From contig SMSO01000007.1 in NCBI GenBank assembly GCA_004764695.1, positions 2,053,270 to 2,117,269 of the forward strand: DNA of 64,000 bases. The letters run 5' to 3'. Shown here piece by piece: positions 11,668 through 26,000 of this stretch (position 1 is its first letter; the number at the start of each line of letters is the position of its first letter). A program made the translations under genes and the position numbers. Source of the DNA: Schizochytrium sp. TIO01. Taxonomy: Eukaryota > Protista > Bigyra: Labyrinthulomycetes. A model generated the notes under the pieces. It saw nothing but the letters and a program-made list of their open reading frames with translations, ran no database searches and was not told the origin of the DNA.

Positions 11668-14600
11668 TGACTCTTGACAAACTAGCTACGCCGGCTACAG
11701 GTTTGAGCTCAGATGGCTGTCTCGGGAAACGCAAAGGCTCCTGGCCGCAAGACCTCCTGCCTTGGTTCAAGGCGGGCGCAGGCGCCAGAGCTTTGCGTCA
11801 ACTGACATGACGAGGTCTTCCCGTGCCGGCCTGCTCTGATGAGCCCTGCCTGACAAGTAAGTGTAGGGCAAGTGCGCACATCGAAATAGAGACCGCGACC
11901 GGCTCGAGCCATCCACTGCGGAAGAGACGGGAATGGCTTGTGAAAGTGAACAATCAAAGCCTACATCAATTGTTTAGAATACAGGTTGGTCATCGCTTTC
12001 AGGTCATGTACTTCACTTTAAAAGTTTATTTTATTTTTGTGCGTGAATAGTTTTATAAGACTTTTATTGAAATAAAGTTAACAAAGGTGATGGTAACAGT
12101 AAGTGAATAGAAGTGACTAGCGATGCAATTTTGGATTATAGATTAGCCAGACGTAGGTACCCTTTTTAATTTAAATTAAAGTTTTGTAGTTGTTGCATTA
12201 TTTATAATTGGAAATGTTTAAAACATCAGGATCAATTTTTCTTTCGTTTAAAATACAAACGAAGTTTGAAGAATGAAACACCTGTCTGTTTAAAACACTT
12301 TGTTTCTTGTTTTTGAGAGGTAGTATGGGTGGCACGGTAAGTACTTGAGAGCCGCAGATGAAGGATGTGATAGATGGAGGATGTCGCTAGTCCGAGTTCC
12401 TGGTCCAGTTTGTAAAGCTGCTTGTATGCATATGCCTGTAATTTCTGGTCTGGGAGTAGCTTTCTTGCGATGATCTGAAGACCTAAATAAGAACACCCGA
12501 GAGAGTAATATTTGGAAGTATCTACACTCTAGCATGAGACACAGGTAGCTTGACGCAAACCTGCAAACTTCGAAGCCTAAGCATTGAGCTGACATTCTCT
12601 ACCAAAAGAGTTTTGACTTAGACCTAATCACTTCAAATTTGTGCATGAATCAACCCATTATGGTTTATCAATACAACCATTATTAGAATTAGGGAAGACG
12701 GTACTGATTGGTCGCAGTTAGTTAAAACTAAATTATTTGGGACAGCCACTCTTTGTTTCTCCTTTATATCTTAAGCTTTCCACAGTGCTTGCTTGTTTAC
12801 TTGCTTGTTTGCTTTACAAACTTGCTAATTTCTCCGATTTGCATGCTCTTGCTTTCTTGCTTAAACGCTGTTTCGTGTTCTTTCTTCTTGCATCGTAACT
12901 AAATTGTCCTGTTACGATACTCTTTAGAAAAAGGGTACTCATCTAATATTCCACACCGTGAAAGCCGATAAGCTATTCCTTTGGCTTCAAGTGAGCAAAA
13001 CAATCCCCAAGCCAATGTTTATCTGGGTGAAATGAGGCAAACGAAGGCTTTAAATTCTTGATTCAATCGAAAAGAGAAACAGGAGTGAGAGGAATACCTC
13101 AGCCCAAAACTCCGTTGGTGGCATGAAACGAACCTCCTAAATAAAAATTAATGTAAACAAAAGAGCAAGAGAACTTTCAAATGCCATTATGATATACTTG
13201 GTTGAAATAGGTACCTACCCTTTTCCAGACATTTAATTTAACCATGCGTTCTGTCGTGGCACATGGGAATTGCCCTGCACGATCCTGCCGACATGGCGAC
13301 CCGAATCATGTCATCTAACGTAATTCTCGAAAGCGTCAGTAAAAGTGAGCTCTTGAGCTCATTTGTTTCAAGCAGTTTGCGCTGCGCTCTTATGAATTTG
13401 CACAGTGCAAACTTTCTTGAAGTGGGAGAACGTAGTAAAAGCTTGCTTGTTTCGAAGACTTCTTAGACTGCCTGGAACTATCGAAAAGAACCTTCGTTGG
13501 CCTTTGGAGCGACCGTAAAGTGCTCTCACAAGCAAGCTATTAAAAGAACCTTTTTCGCGAGCTCGAGACTCGTGTGAGCTAATAAGCATCGCGTTTAAAA
13601 AAGGTCTTGATCCATGAACGTCCTACATCATTGGTCTTGAGGAGATGATGCAAGCTCTGTTGCATAGTTACGCTATCTGCTGATCGCTTTGCTTGCTTGC
13701 GGCCTCAGCAACGGTCATGCTTTTTAAACGGAGTCACTCATGTCAGCATGCAGCGAGGAAGTTTGAGAGATGCAGACCTCGAAAAGAAAGCATGCGCCAA
13801 GAAGAACTAGTTTCACCCCAGCTCGATCGTCGTCATAACGCAGCCTAAGCGTGAGCGTCAGCTTGTCAAACGGGAATATCTTTAATGGGATTGACTCACC
13901 GCGCCACAGAGTACTAGAATAAAAAACTTATCAAAAGTTTTTAAAATTACCCCGCAAATAAACGTGAGTACGTAAGCCGTTTACTTCTTTTCAAGATAAT
14001 AATATTTTTAATAATACTATTATTATTATTATTCAATATAAAAACTAACGAGTTAATTAAGAACTCAGCATTTTATAAATCGATAAAACTAAATAATAAT
14101 AATAAAGTCTAGATGTATAAGAAGAGTGCTATTCGCTAAACTATTCTGAATCTTTTTCTTTTTAAAATTAAAAATAGTCTTTTAATAATTCAAGCATACG
14201 ATTAGAAGTAGTACTAACCATTCTTCAAGCAGATACCAAGGCCAGTCTTGATAGGGCGTACAGAGTCTGATAAATTTTTAGTTATTCATTTTTTCAGGAT
14301 ATGAGCATCAAAGAAGGGGCAACCTAGCTTTCCCTTTGCCAGTTAAAACAAGAGTAAAGGATAAAAGCGTGATGTTTAAATAGCAGATATTTCTTCGCCT
14401 TTTCAAGCATGCTCGTGATCATGGTCAGAATAGTGTTAAAAGATCTTGTTTAAGCAAGAATCAATCGAATACGAAGAAAACAATTTCCTGAGGTAATAAC
14501 CTTAGAAACCTTAGGCTTTGCTTAATCCTACCTCTTTATAAATTAGTATGTATAATTGTTCTTGTGCACAATTTTCCCTGACAATAAGAACAAAACAAAA

Positions 14601-17600
14601 ACATCAATTCAATTTCTCGAGATTCAATTTCTATCGATATTGCTTTCTGATTAAATGCAAAGCTGCTCTGTTAATGCAACTCGAGATAAAGGTTTATAAA
14701 ATGTCTGAAAAGCTTCTATTCGTCGGACATGAGTTTTCACAGTGCCAAATCTACATTATGGAGCGGACTATCAGAGTGGATAATGCATAAGATAATTAGT
14801 TACTGATATATTCTTAAGTTTGAAAACATTTTCCCGTAGTAGCTGCATACAGCCTTGGAGTAATACCATACATGCATTTACTGAACCAGAGATAGGCTTA
14901 AACGTAAAACATGTTACGTGTTTGTTTTTATTTTTTAAGCATAACACCAATGAAAACAGTAGAGGAAATTTAAAATAAAATGCGAGATTATGCTCTTCAC
15001 AATCGCTAAATCTCAATAAGGTAGACACTAAAACAAGTGAATCAAAATGTAGCGGCGAGTTTCAGCTAAAATAACCACCTTTCTAGCTGGCAATTAAGCA
15101 CCAGCTAACGAGCCAACAGCAGGATGCAACGGGCCGGGTGAAATCAGCAAGCTTACCAGCCGGCCAAAAGACTTACTTTTCTTGAGGTAATATATATTGA
15201 CGTATTTACTAAGGAAATTGGCAAAATAGGGAAAATTAACTTTACTAATTAGTATCTCAGCCTCTACCAGATAGCCAGATATAGAGCCAAAAAAGAAAGA
15301 AGAACGGAAGTTACCACATTAGCAACCAAATGTTTTATTTAATACTATATCCATAATTAAACGTCATTAGCAGTTCATAATTGAAACGCCAATATACTCG
15401 AGAGCAGTTATGATTTTCCAAGCCTTGTTCACATCATTCTTCGTACTTTTTTTTTCTAAAGCATATAATAAAACATATATATATTCTTTGGGGTTGAATA
15501 GTCAAAACATTAAAGCCGTCGAAATGTTTGCAATGGTCTCTTTTTTTTTTTTGCTTATAAAGCTTTTAAAAATACGTCACATTATTGTAAAAGAAAAGAA
15601 AAGAAATAAATGAAGCGAAAACTCAGAACCAAGCGTTTCATATTTTTTCGTACTGCTACACGCTTGTGCGGGCCAGCGCTAAATTTCATGTTTCCAGAAG
15701 ACAAGTAATTTAGGCAGTAATATACCAGTACTCCATGAATTTATTGAAATACGCAATTTGAAAAGATGAAAATCGTTCTGGTACCATGTTGTTTCATATG
15801 AAGCAAAAAGCTTCTTGACAGTTATGATGCAGAATTCTATAACCAAAGGATATTTATCCTATTTAAAACATATATATATATAAAAAATTTAACTTGGGCT
15901 AGGTAAGGCAACGCAAGGTCAGGCAAATATTTGGCAACGACGTGCTAAGATAAGCAAAATTATAAAGAGCAGTTATCTATCATTATTCTATTATTATTAT
16001 TAGACTAGTGTGTACATTACGAGAACCTCCTTCTAATTGGATTTGTAATATAAGGTCCTATGTTCGTACGACTTGGAGATGCAACTACTACTGCTTAGTT
16101 CGAAGGAGATTATTCATTAAATGTGGAAAAGAGCCATCTCTACTGATATAAATTTATTAGTATTATTGTGGAGGACTGTACCTGAAGCAGTAGGAAAGCT
16201 GATTATCTCGAATAATAAGAAGTAAAGTTTGCAGAAAATTGATTAGGAAGACTGTAACACTAATGTATGGCTAGGCTAATACATCGATATGCCGTCAATG
16301 ATGAGCTCACGTGCGGATTCCTATAGCTTCTGCTTTATTTGAAGGCGCGAGGGACATGAATACTAAACAGTTCTCTATATTATTACTTACGCTGCTAAAT
16401 ATAAATGTCTTTGGGCCCACTACAAACAATAACTAAAGAAGCAAGGAAGACATCAACCAACCAACCAAAGCAAGCAATAAAAACAGCAAACAAATCAGAG
16501 AATGAGCTTGAATAAACAAGAAGAAGTTTCGTTTACTTCAGCGATACTTCTGAAGTAACTGAGCTCCTCTACATTCTTACATTCTTTTAATTGAAAAGTA
16601 GAGGGGAAAAAAGAAAAAAAGAAAAGGAAAATATAAAAGAACTTTACTTTAACTTAAGAAGAAAATGCTATCCAGGTGTTAATTTCAGGGAGTAATCAAT
16701 CCTTCTATTCGCCCAGTGATAGAACCAACTTACATAAGACCCTCTTTTTCTTTCTTTTTTTAAACGATAACCAAAGTCAGGATAGCACGCAATACCAGAG
16801 CGCTCAAATACATCGAATTTGGGAATTTGCGCCATATGCGCCATGCTGGGTATGTTACTAGCATGGTACCAAACTAGTAGCTTCCCCCACCGGAACGGAG
16901 GCAAATAGTGGAAGTCCGATGTCAGACTCGGCCTGAATAAATAAGTGGTCTATTGCTCTTCTGCAGTCATTTACTCTATCTCGTTGTACACAAATCTATA
17001 AGCTGAGTATGAGATGCCTTGGCTTGAAATACTTTCTCATACAAAAGAATTGGTGGGACTCGACTCGAACAGTCAGCCTGACTAGTAACATGTGCATTCA
17101 TTAAACCAGTAATTCTATTTTCCTTGTCAGTAAAGGGGATATTTTGAAGGCATTGTATGAGACCAATCTAGCTAGCTAAGAATTTTAAATAACGCTTTCA
17201 CTTTGGTTTAAACTAAATCATTTCATGCATTTTTTAAATTACCACATTCATTCATGCGCACAAAAAAATATCCTAACAAGCACTTAGCGGATGTTCACAT
17301 TGAAACAGAAAAAGAACTTGTCATTCCACTTCTATATAAATAAGAAACAAGTCGAAAGGGATAGTATTGAGCAAATGAAGAATATTTCTCTATGATTTGA
17401 TCTTTTGTTGATCTGTCTCTCGACACAGATTCTTCTAGCAGTCACGGTGAAAGGAATATTTTATATTTTTAAATAAAATCTTATCTTTTTTAATTTAAAA
17501 CTTTTTCATATGCATATCTGTAATGTATTCCTCTTCTACTGTGCAATCTAATGTTACGAGATGTCACTACTTGCACAGGACATTCATAGAACAGCTTTGT

Positions 17601-19968
17601 TTTTTCTTTTGGCAAAGCTCAATAAATAAACAAACATTATTTAATTGTATAACTCTCTGCAAGTAGAACCATATGGGATATTCACAGTTGTTCCTTCTAG
17701 GAATTATTCCGCCGACCAAATTTATTATCTAAAGAATTAGAATGCAGCCTTTAAAGATGTTTGTTGCGTAACAAAAAATTAGCCTTTTGGAGAAGCGTTT
17801 CTTGCATAGGTTGTTCGGTAAAGCCTTAGTTACTGCAATCGGGCGACGTACAAAAAGCTTTGCTAATTTCAAATGTAACGTTTCCAAACACAGAATTGCG
17901 CATGTCTAAAACTATCGAAATTCAGGCCTCAACAAATGAACTACTAGAATTAAATTATGCTTGACTATTATTTAGCTGAACGAAAAGGTTGATGAAGGAA
18001 GCATGAAATTTCTTGATGCCTTTTAGAAAAATAGAGTTGCAACTTTAGCCACAGACAATCGATCCCAAGTTCCTTTCTTTGCAACAGTAAGTCTAGCAAT
18101 CCTTTGTGCCGCTTGCCTAGTTGTATATTACTGGCCAACACTCCCTTCATAAATCTACGTATAAGATTGTATAAAGAGATTTAGATTTAAACAAAAATAG
18201 GTATCACGAGGTAATGATCAAATTTTGAGTCGAAATAGTCTTCGGATAGTTTTTATAAATTTAAGACTTGTTTTATCCTGTGCAGCAAAGCTTATCCTTA
18301 AAGCCAGTATACAACAAGGGCGTCGACAAAAATAAATCCAACACTGGTTCTGAATGGTGAGAAGATACTTTTTTCGAAAATTTAATTAATTGTAAACAAA
18401 CTGGTCATAGAGACTAGAGAAACCCAGCCCAACTGCAATATCTTATCTTCAAAAGTATCAAATACATGTCACGATGGAATTCTTATAAGGTTCAAGTAAA
18501 TGTAAGCTACTCAATTGTACAATACGTATAAGACATTGCTTTGTTTTCGTTGAATATTTTACCTTTCAAAAGGTTTTACGACCAATAACTAATGTAGAAG
18601 CAAACTACTTATGAGAACATAGATCACTGGCTTCAGACTTTGAGTGTTCAAAAATATTAAGTAAATATATACAATTAAGAGAACTGATGGAAAAACTACT
18701 GCAGAACCAACGGTCGATTCTCACTATGATATTAATTTCTAGAATTGGTATCTACAACTCGTAATAATAGCCCATCTTCTGTTCAACAATATACTATACT
18801 TACCAATCTCATATTTGGAGACCCTTGAACGCACAAATTGAAGCAGCAGGGAACACATACAGTCCTTTTCTCGAAAATCAAAAAACTACGTTTCGCATTG
18901 AGAGAAAAGTATTATTTTAAAAGCAAAAACCCGAGGTCGGATCGACTGGAGACCTCGACAATTTGATTAGCACATCTGATATCGAAATCTAAGGGCTTAC
19001 AATAACTTGAAGAAATTAATCAGAGCTCTTACTCTTAATTTGATTTAATTAGAATTAAATAGGAATATCAATCAATCATTTTCTTGTGCTTTTTTTTTTC
19101 ATCTGAAAATAACCATAAGTAGGCAATTCTGATGAACAGTATCATTATTAAACTTGGTCGAGTCAATTCCCGGCTGATCCCCGAATTGTTATGTTATTTG
19201 AATAGTGACTGTATAGCTGAAACTCGCGAAAATGAGAAGAAGAGGAATAGGATAAACGTTTTAGCTCGCCAATTTGATTATTCGAGGCTTTGCAAGTAGT
19301 ACCATTATGCGAAAGTACACTCATGACTAAGCTATCATTATGGTAGATGGTGGCTTGTTCGAGATTGAGCAAGAAACATCCAGCAGTGCAAAGCCAGGTA
19401 TACAAGTGTATAGTTATTTCAAGTTTGCAGATAAAGAAAAAACAAACGCTTGCATCACCAACCGCAATCGGCGTACCCTAAAATAGCTGAAGAATACAAT
19501 CATATTTCTCTCATCTGATAAACTTAGAGCGTCTGGCTCTTTCACTATTAACGTCGAACGGCTGGTTAGAAGTTTTCAGCTTGGTTGCCTCCAGACTACA
19601 ACTTTTGAATTGCAAAGGTATGAAATAAAATGCTCATAATATTTCTCGCCTATTTATTTTGAGTACAACTCGTTTGAATACTTGTTTGCTTAAGATACAT
19701 TCCACTTGCTTAAAGAGAAGTCATATGAGAAAAGCTCATTTTTAGCATCCTTTCTCATCCTCAGTCTTTCTTTTTCTGCTTTGGTAACGTTAATAAGGCT
19801 CATGCCTTACAATACCAAATAAATACCACTCAACTGACAGTTGATCATAAGGTAGCATGCTGCTTCATCTCAACACATTCATTCTAGTTTTATACTTTCT
19901 AAAGAGGCACTCCCGAGATCGGCGCACATTGAAGCAAAGTTTGTTTGAATGCGATGCTTTGAAGACAT

Positions 19969-19970
<2 letters not shown>

Positions 19971-20002
<32 letters not shown>
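19971..20002. repeat. (ATT)10 microsatellite
   Basis: Direct reading. Confidence 0.93.
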
Positions 20003-23000
20003 GAGTGGGAGTAATTCATTTCTCTTTTGTTTTTAGTTTTCAATATTATATAAATATAAATGAACATTAAGGTTACAATCATAAATCTGCTTGTAATTTT
20101 ACATCGGCCTGGAACACTTTACTTCCTTTTGCAGCAGGGTTTTAATAGCACCAAAGCTGGAGAGAGACAGAATAAACATAACTAGGGTCTATGTTTTTTA
20201 TTTTCTTTGGGCCTTTGGTAGTAGTGTAGCTACACAGAGGTTTTGACATTCGAGGCTTTAAACTCCTGCATTTCGGCTAGTGTGCTTCTCTTTTAAACAC
20301 GTGGAAGAACTGGTTCAAGATCAACCCAAGTTTATAAAAACCATTGCATAATTTTTTGGCGGCGCTAATCATCGTGATAATATTAAAAGAATAAACACAT
20401 GTGATACGCAAACCGCAACTTCGAATGTAGTAGTTAGTAAGTACGTGTCAGCATATGTATCTTCAAATTCCCAAATAATGACAACGAAAGCTGCAAAATC
20501 GAATCATTTCTTGCTGGTAGTTGGGTACTCGCTGATACGACGTACAGATAACACTATATATACTTTGATTTTATCTATTACTTCTCTTGATTAAAATAAT
20601 AATTTACTACTTACTATTATAGCTCGTTTCCCTATTGAACAAGAATAGTTTTGTCCAACTCCTTCGATAAACATTCCGACTTTCATGTTTTCTTATAGTA
20701 TCCTGTAATAGTCATATGTTAGATGGGGATTAATTGACTATCTCTTGCACAGATGAAAACGAAGTTTCATAGATTTAGGATACTTATTGATTTGTTTAGT
20801 TAATAAAATTTAAAAAAGAAAAGAAAAGGGAAAATCAGAAAAGAAAAGATTAATCAGCACAGCTTTAGAAAGTCGTTAAGATAAATAATTCTCTCGATAT
20901 TAGCAGACGCCAAATTAGTCACATTGTCTTCAATAATACAGATCATATTCGCATTCGATAAATGTTGAGAAAACAAGCATACTGCATATTTTCAAGCCAA
21001 ACTTTTCAACTCTGAACCACTAGCTAAATTTACTACACCTTCATATTGTTATTGGCTTTGCAGAGCTAAAAAAAAGGGCCGCTTTAAAGACACCATGTTG
21101 GAACATCGTATCACATGCATTTATTCTCCCTCATAGCTTTTTTTACTTTAGAGTATGTGCCGTGGCGTAATTTACAATTCGCCTTTGTTCTTTGAAATAG
21201 TTAGTGTACGTTTCGTGGTTTGTAGCTTGTAACAGAAAAACAAAAACAAAAACAAAAACAAAAAAACTATTCAATGGATAATCATTTACAAGGCTCATTC
21301 TATGTACAAGGTGGTACCTACGTCAAAAAGCGAATCTTATTTGTTGAACCCTAACCCAAAATAACAGATTTTATTGTGTGACGCACGGCAGCAAAGTCCA
21401 TTCTCAGTCATCAACAAAATGTGCTCACATCAATCACTTGTGTCAACCCTTTATCTACCATGACACTAAAATTTTGGTGTTTCATAACTGCAGTCAAATA
21501 CTGATTACAATAATCTATAAATAAGTCTGTTAAATGAATATTTTTCAATATCCCCTAGTATTATATTAACTACAACTTTACTCTCAAAGATGATGGTAAA
21601 AACCGATGAAGCTTTTCAAAGAAGGTTTTTCAAATCTCGAGCCTCCTGCTCAACTAAATGCATCGAAGTTCCTTCCTCTGTTATGGCTAAAAAGTGCCTA
21701 ATTTTATAACTGGATTGGCCATGCACAATATGCTCAAGCAAAAAAACAAATAAACAAGAGGCAAACTATACTAAATAGACAGCAAAGAATTATGATAGAA
21801 TCTACAGTGCATTGCTGAAGGTCAAAACACTTGGTCTAGAATTCTCTAAATTTAATTTGAATATAGAACGTTATAAATTATACTTATGTAATCTTGAAAC
21901 AATGACTTTTTTTAGTAAAGGTCCTAGTATTTGGTGAAATTTTAGGAGAGGACAGGTGAAGCACACCTCCGTGTTAGGGTTAAGACGAGCAATTGATGGG
22001 GACTGTCCGGCTTACTAAGAGCAGCGGGAACAAGTTGGGTGATGATGTGCAACCGGTCGAACCGGCTCGTCCAGCTCAGTAACTCTTCTTTAATACTGTG
22101 ACAAAGACAATAGTTTTTTGTTTTGTTTTTTCTGCTTCATTTTCTCTAATTTCCCAGCGAAATTGTTTATTTATCGGGCGGCTTGATGTCGACAGCAACT
22201 TTGGGAAGTCTTCTAACAGATAGGTAAACTGCTATACTAAGAGTATTGGACGAAAATTATAACATGATATGCACGCGAAAACGTTTCCAATATTCAATTC
22301 AGTGGTTCAAAATTTTTCGGAGTTTCAAATATATCGTTTATTAACAGTGCTTCTTTTTTAAGTCGAAAATTAGTTTAACCAGAATATTTATTGTGATGTA
22401 GGTTAGCACATGTTACCAACTTTATTAGTAACATATGGAAATAAAACGTTTTTCACGGAATTTGTTTCTAATATTATATCGTTTATAGAAGAGTATGTTT
22501 CTTCTTCATCTTCTGTAAGTTTATGAATTAAAAGGATTAAAAAAATATTTTACTACAAAATGAATTATTTTTAATTTGCTTATAGGTGAAGGTTACGTTT
22601 GGAAATAGGCGTGTGCAAGTCGGGAAACAGAAGTGTTATTATATGGTACGGCCGAATTTTCGACCGCTTAACACTCCGCAGTTGCATACATAGAACCTAT
22701 GTTATATAGAAGAGACGGACGGTTGCTTACCGGACCAGTGCAGAAGTTTTCGTAGCCATCTGTTTGCAATCATACGATTAAAAAAATTAAATTAAAGATA
22801 ACCCCACCACTCTCACCAGACCAAATATATTTTATGAGCAACTTTTTGTCTTTATAGAAAGTTCTCAAACTCAAACATATACTAGATTTTGTGAAGATAG
22901 GAACACGAAGGAATTCCGTGTATTTGATAGTAGTTGCAAAAAGCTCGTACGAAAGGTGAAAAGCAATCCCGTGATGCTATGAAAGGTAGCGAATAGATGT

Positions 23001-26000
23001 CTTTCGTCCAAACTCCGACTTCCTCATCAGAAACTTTGGTGCTCAAGGCTGTCGTGTGTCATGTGGTTAGATTTATAACCTCCGCTTTACTAACTACTCT
23101 ACTATAAAAAAGTATACCATATCCTAGAATAAGTGAAAAAGCGTTAACATTGTGGTAAAACCTGCTGTTTTCCTGCTGTTTTAAGATGGAGAATACGAAA
23201 TGTAAAAGGTACTGGATGTCAACAGAAAGAAGTATTTTACTTTCCGGATCTCAACATTTCAGTAAATGCATTTATCCTAAATTTTTTCATAATGAGTAAT
23301 TGCTGTCGAAGAACAAAGCATTCTCTTCTGATAATTAAAGAGAACATAGCCTCGTGTCAACCTATTTCTTAGTATTGATTTTTCTGCAAACGTTCACATC
23401 CCTGCAAAGCTTCCGTTCAAGTGCGTCTCTTGAATTTCTGGTCTTCATGTTAGCCTCTATATCTATATCCGAACGTCGTGTTTATTTTTGCTCATGCATA
23501 CAAAAGCTATGTTCCTTTGAGATTTAGACCTGATAGAATATCATTCTTCTTTAGAAAAACGTTACGCTTCTCCTTCCGTTTCTCAACTAACAATGGGGCA
23601 ACTTTAGTCTCTCTTAAACTGCAAAACGGAAAGAATATTGATGCGAGAGAATCCCGACCCCAGAAGACAACCACAATTTTTTTTTTCTCGACTAAATTAC
23701 TGAATTCATTAGCTACAAGTGTTTAAGATTGTCTGAGTAATAATATAATCAGCTCTTCTCTATTTTTTCAAACCCCACCTCGTTTCGATAGAGATAAAAA
23801 TCTCAGAGCAGATAAAGATAAAGTCCATTAATCAAACACTTGTAAGACAGAACAATATATTTTAAATTAGAAATAAAAATATAATATTAAGGTCAAACAT
23901 ATGCAAATCCATATGGATACCTAAATTGGATCTCACTTTGAATGCAAAGTTTTTTAGTTTTGTTTTTTAAATTAAAATTGCAAATTACGAAGCGTGTCTA
24001 GAAGCGCAGATTCGTAGACTTATCTGGTTCATTTCGTGGCAACCAACGTTTCCATAAACCATAATAAAATCAGATTCTCAAATTGCGTGCGACATTGATT
24101 CATTATTATGCTGCTTCAGAAGTGATATTCTGGCTTCTAAAGGGTGTCAAATTTCTACCATTACGTACCAAAGTAATTTGCTATCCCAACTCGAATGTTT
24201 CAATTTTGTCATAGCTTCAACTACATGTATTGCGATTATAAAACCATCTAATCTTCTTATCATTGATCTTACTTTTATCTTTGATTTGTTTTTACTCTGT
24301 AAAAAGCTTTCGATCTTCTCTGTCTGATTTTCTTCCCCAGTCTCTGTGTTACTATACAAACTATATGGCCTCTCTTGATTTGATATAGAATATTGCAAAT
24401 CTAAAATTTTGTGCTATAAAGAAAAGAGAATAGCAAGAGATACTAAGATGATTTCTCTTCATAGATTATGCTACAGCCAACATATTCCATCATCAATCTG
24501 ATTTGAAGAAGTGAATGAAGACTGGAATACTATTTAGGGTTCACTCTAATATCCCCATGTCAATTCATTTACAGATATTTTAATTAGTGATAGTAGGACA
24601 AGGATGAGGTAATTCTTACTTTACCTTTTTTTTAAGAGTGTGGAAAATCATTTGTTTCAGAAAGGATGGTTTAAGGTATTGCTAATTCCTTGTTTTGAGA
24701 GTTTAAATTATCAAGTACCTAAAACAATATGGTCTTTAGGTGGGAAGAAGGCCTACTTAAGTACAGATCAAAACCGAAATAGATATTAAGAGAATAATCC
24801 AGAAGAAATCCAGTAAGTAATTTCTTCAGGAGGTGTTCAGATTAATTTCAAAACCTTTGGACTATGAAATTTTATACGTGCATGTTGCTAGGTCTTTTGG
24901 CCAAATAGTATCAGATTGAAACACACTTATTTTGTAACCTAATCCCCGACTGGAAAGGGTTATTGTTTTATTGCTTTCTTTTTAAGGCAGCTTGCAGAAG
25001 TTCAATATTACATCCTGCAAAATGAATGTATGTGCTAGTAAACAAACTCTAGGAAAACACTACATGAAATTTTGATTGAAGAGATTCGTGTTTCTGTTTT
25101 ATGACGATCAGGAGAAATTGAAATAATCTAAACGCCTCAAGCATAGCAAAACATGATATAATTAGCGACTCCTCAAGATTTGCTTCAAGTTTGAATGGAA
25201 GGAACCATTCCCAGAATGAGTCTTTGTTTGGATTCGTTCGACTTAATTTTGCGATCTGCATACCATCAGATCAATAAATTCCATGTGAAGTATTAGCCTT
25301 GTATCAAAACCAGGAGTTTATTGTTTATAAATATGTTACTACTGCTGAATCGACGATTAGAATTCCAAAGTCATATCATGAACAAAGTGTATAGATTGAA
25401 AGGGAAAGTTTGTTTTTTCTTTTTTTGTCTGCCTTCAAAGGCATTTGTCTGAAGCGATACCCTGTTTGGTTATTTTTTAAGGTTAAAAACACACTAAAAA
25501 AGATTAAAAGTACTTCATAACATAATTTTAAAAATGCTTTTAAAAAAAATAAAATATTTTAGTCAATCGCCTCGCCCCTTTTTGTTTTACAAATTAAACC
25601 TTCTTCAATTGAGCTAAACTTCATAGTTTTCATGTTTTACTAGTACGTCACAATGACCAATTCAGTTGATGAAAATTTAGATTAATAGGAGTCGACTATA
25701 TGGCATGAATCCAGATGTACTCTAGTAGACTTTCTTTATTTGTTGCTTCCAGCACGCGACACCTCGAGTGAAAACTTTTACTCTATTTGTAAGCAAAGTG
25801 TCGTTCTACAGGTATTTCTTGAAAACTCGCTAGGGTCGCTGCCGACAACACGGAGCAGCAATATACGAAGACCTCTGGCATCAATTAAGGAATCTCCTAC
25901 CTCTGTTTGATGAAAACAATAAGAGTAGATCATAGTATTGGAATCCTGGGTAGGTATGATGTATACTGAAGTCCGCTAACAATGTGGCGAGGTATCAGCT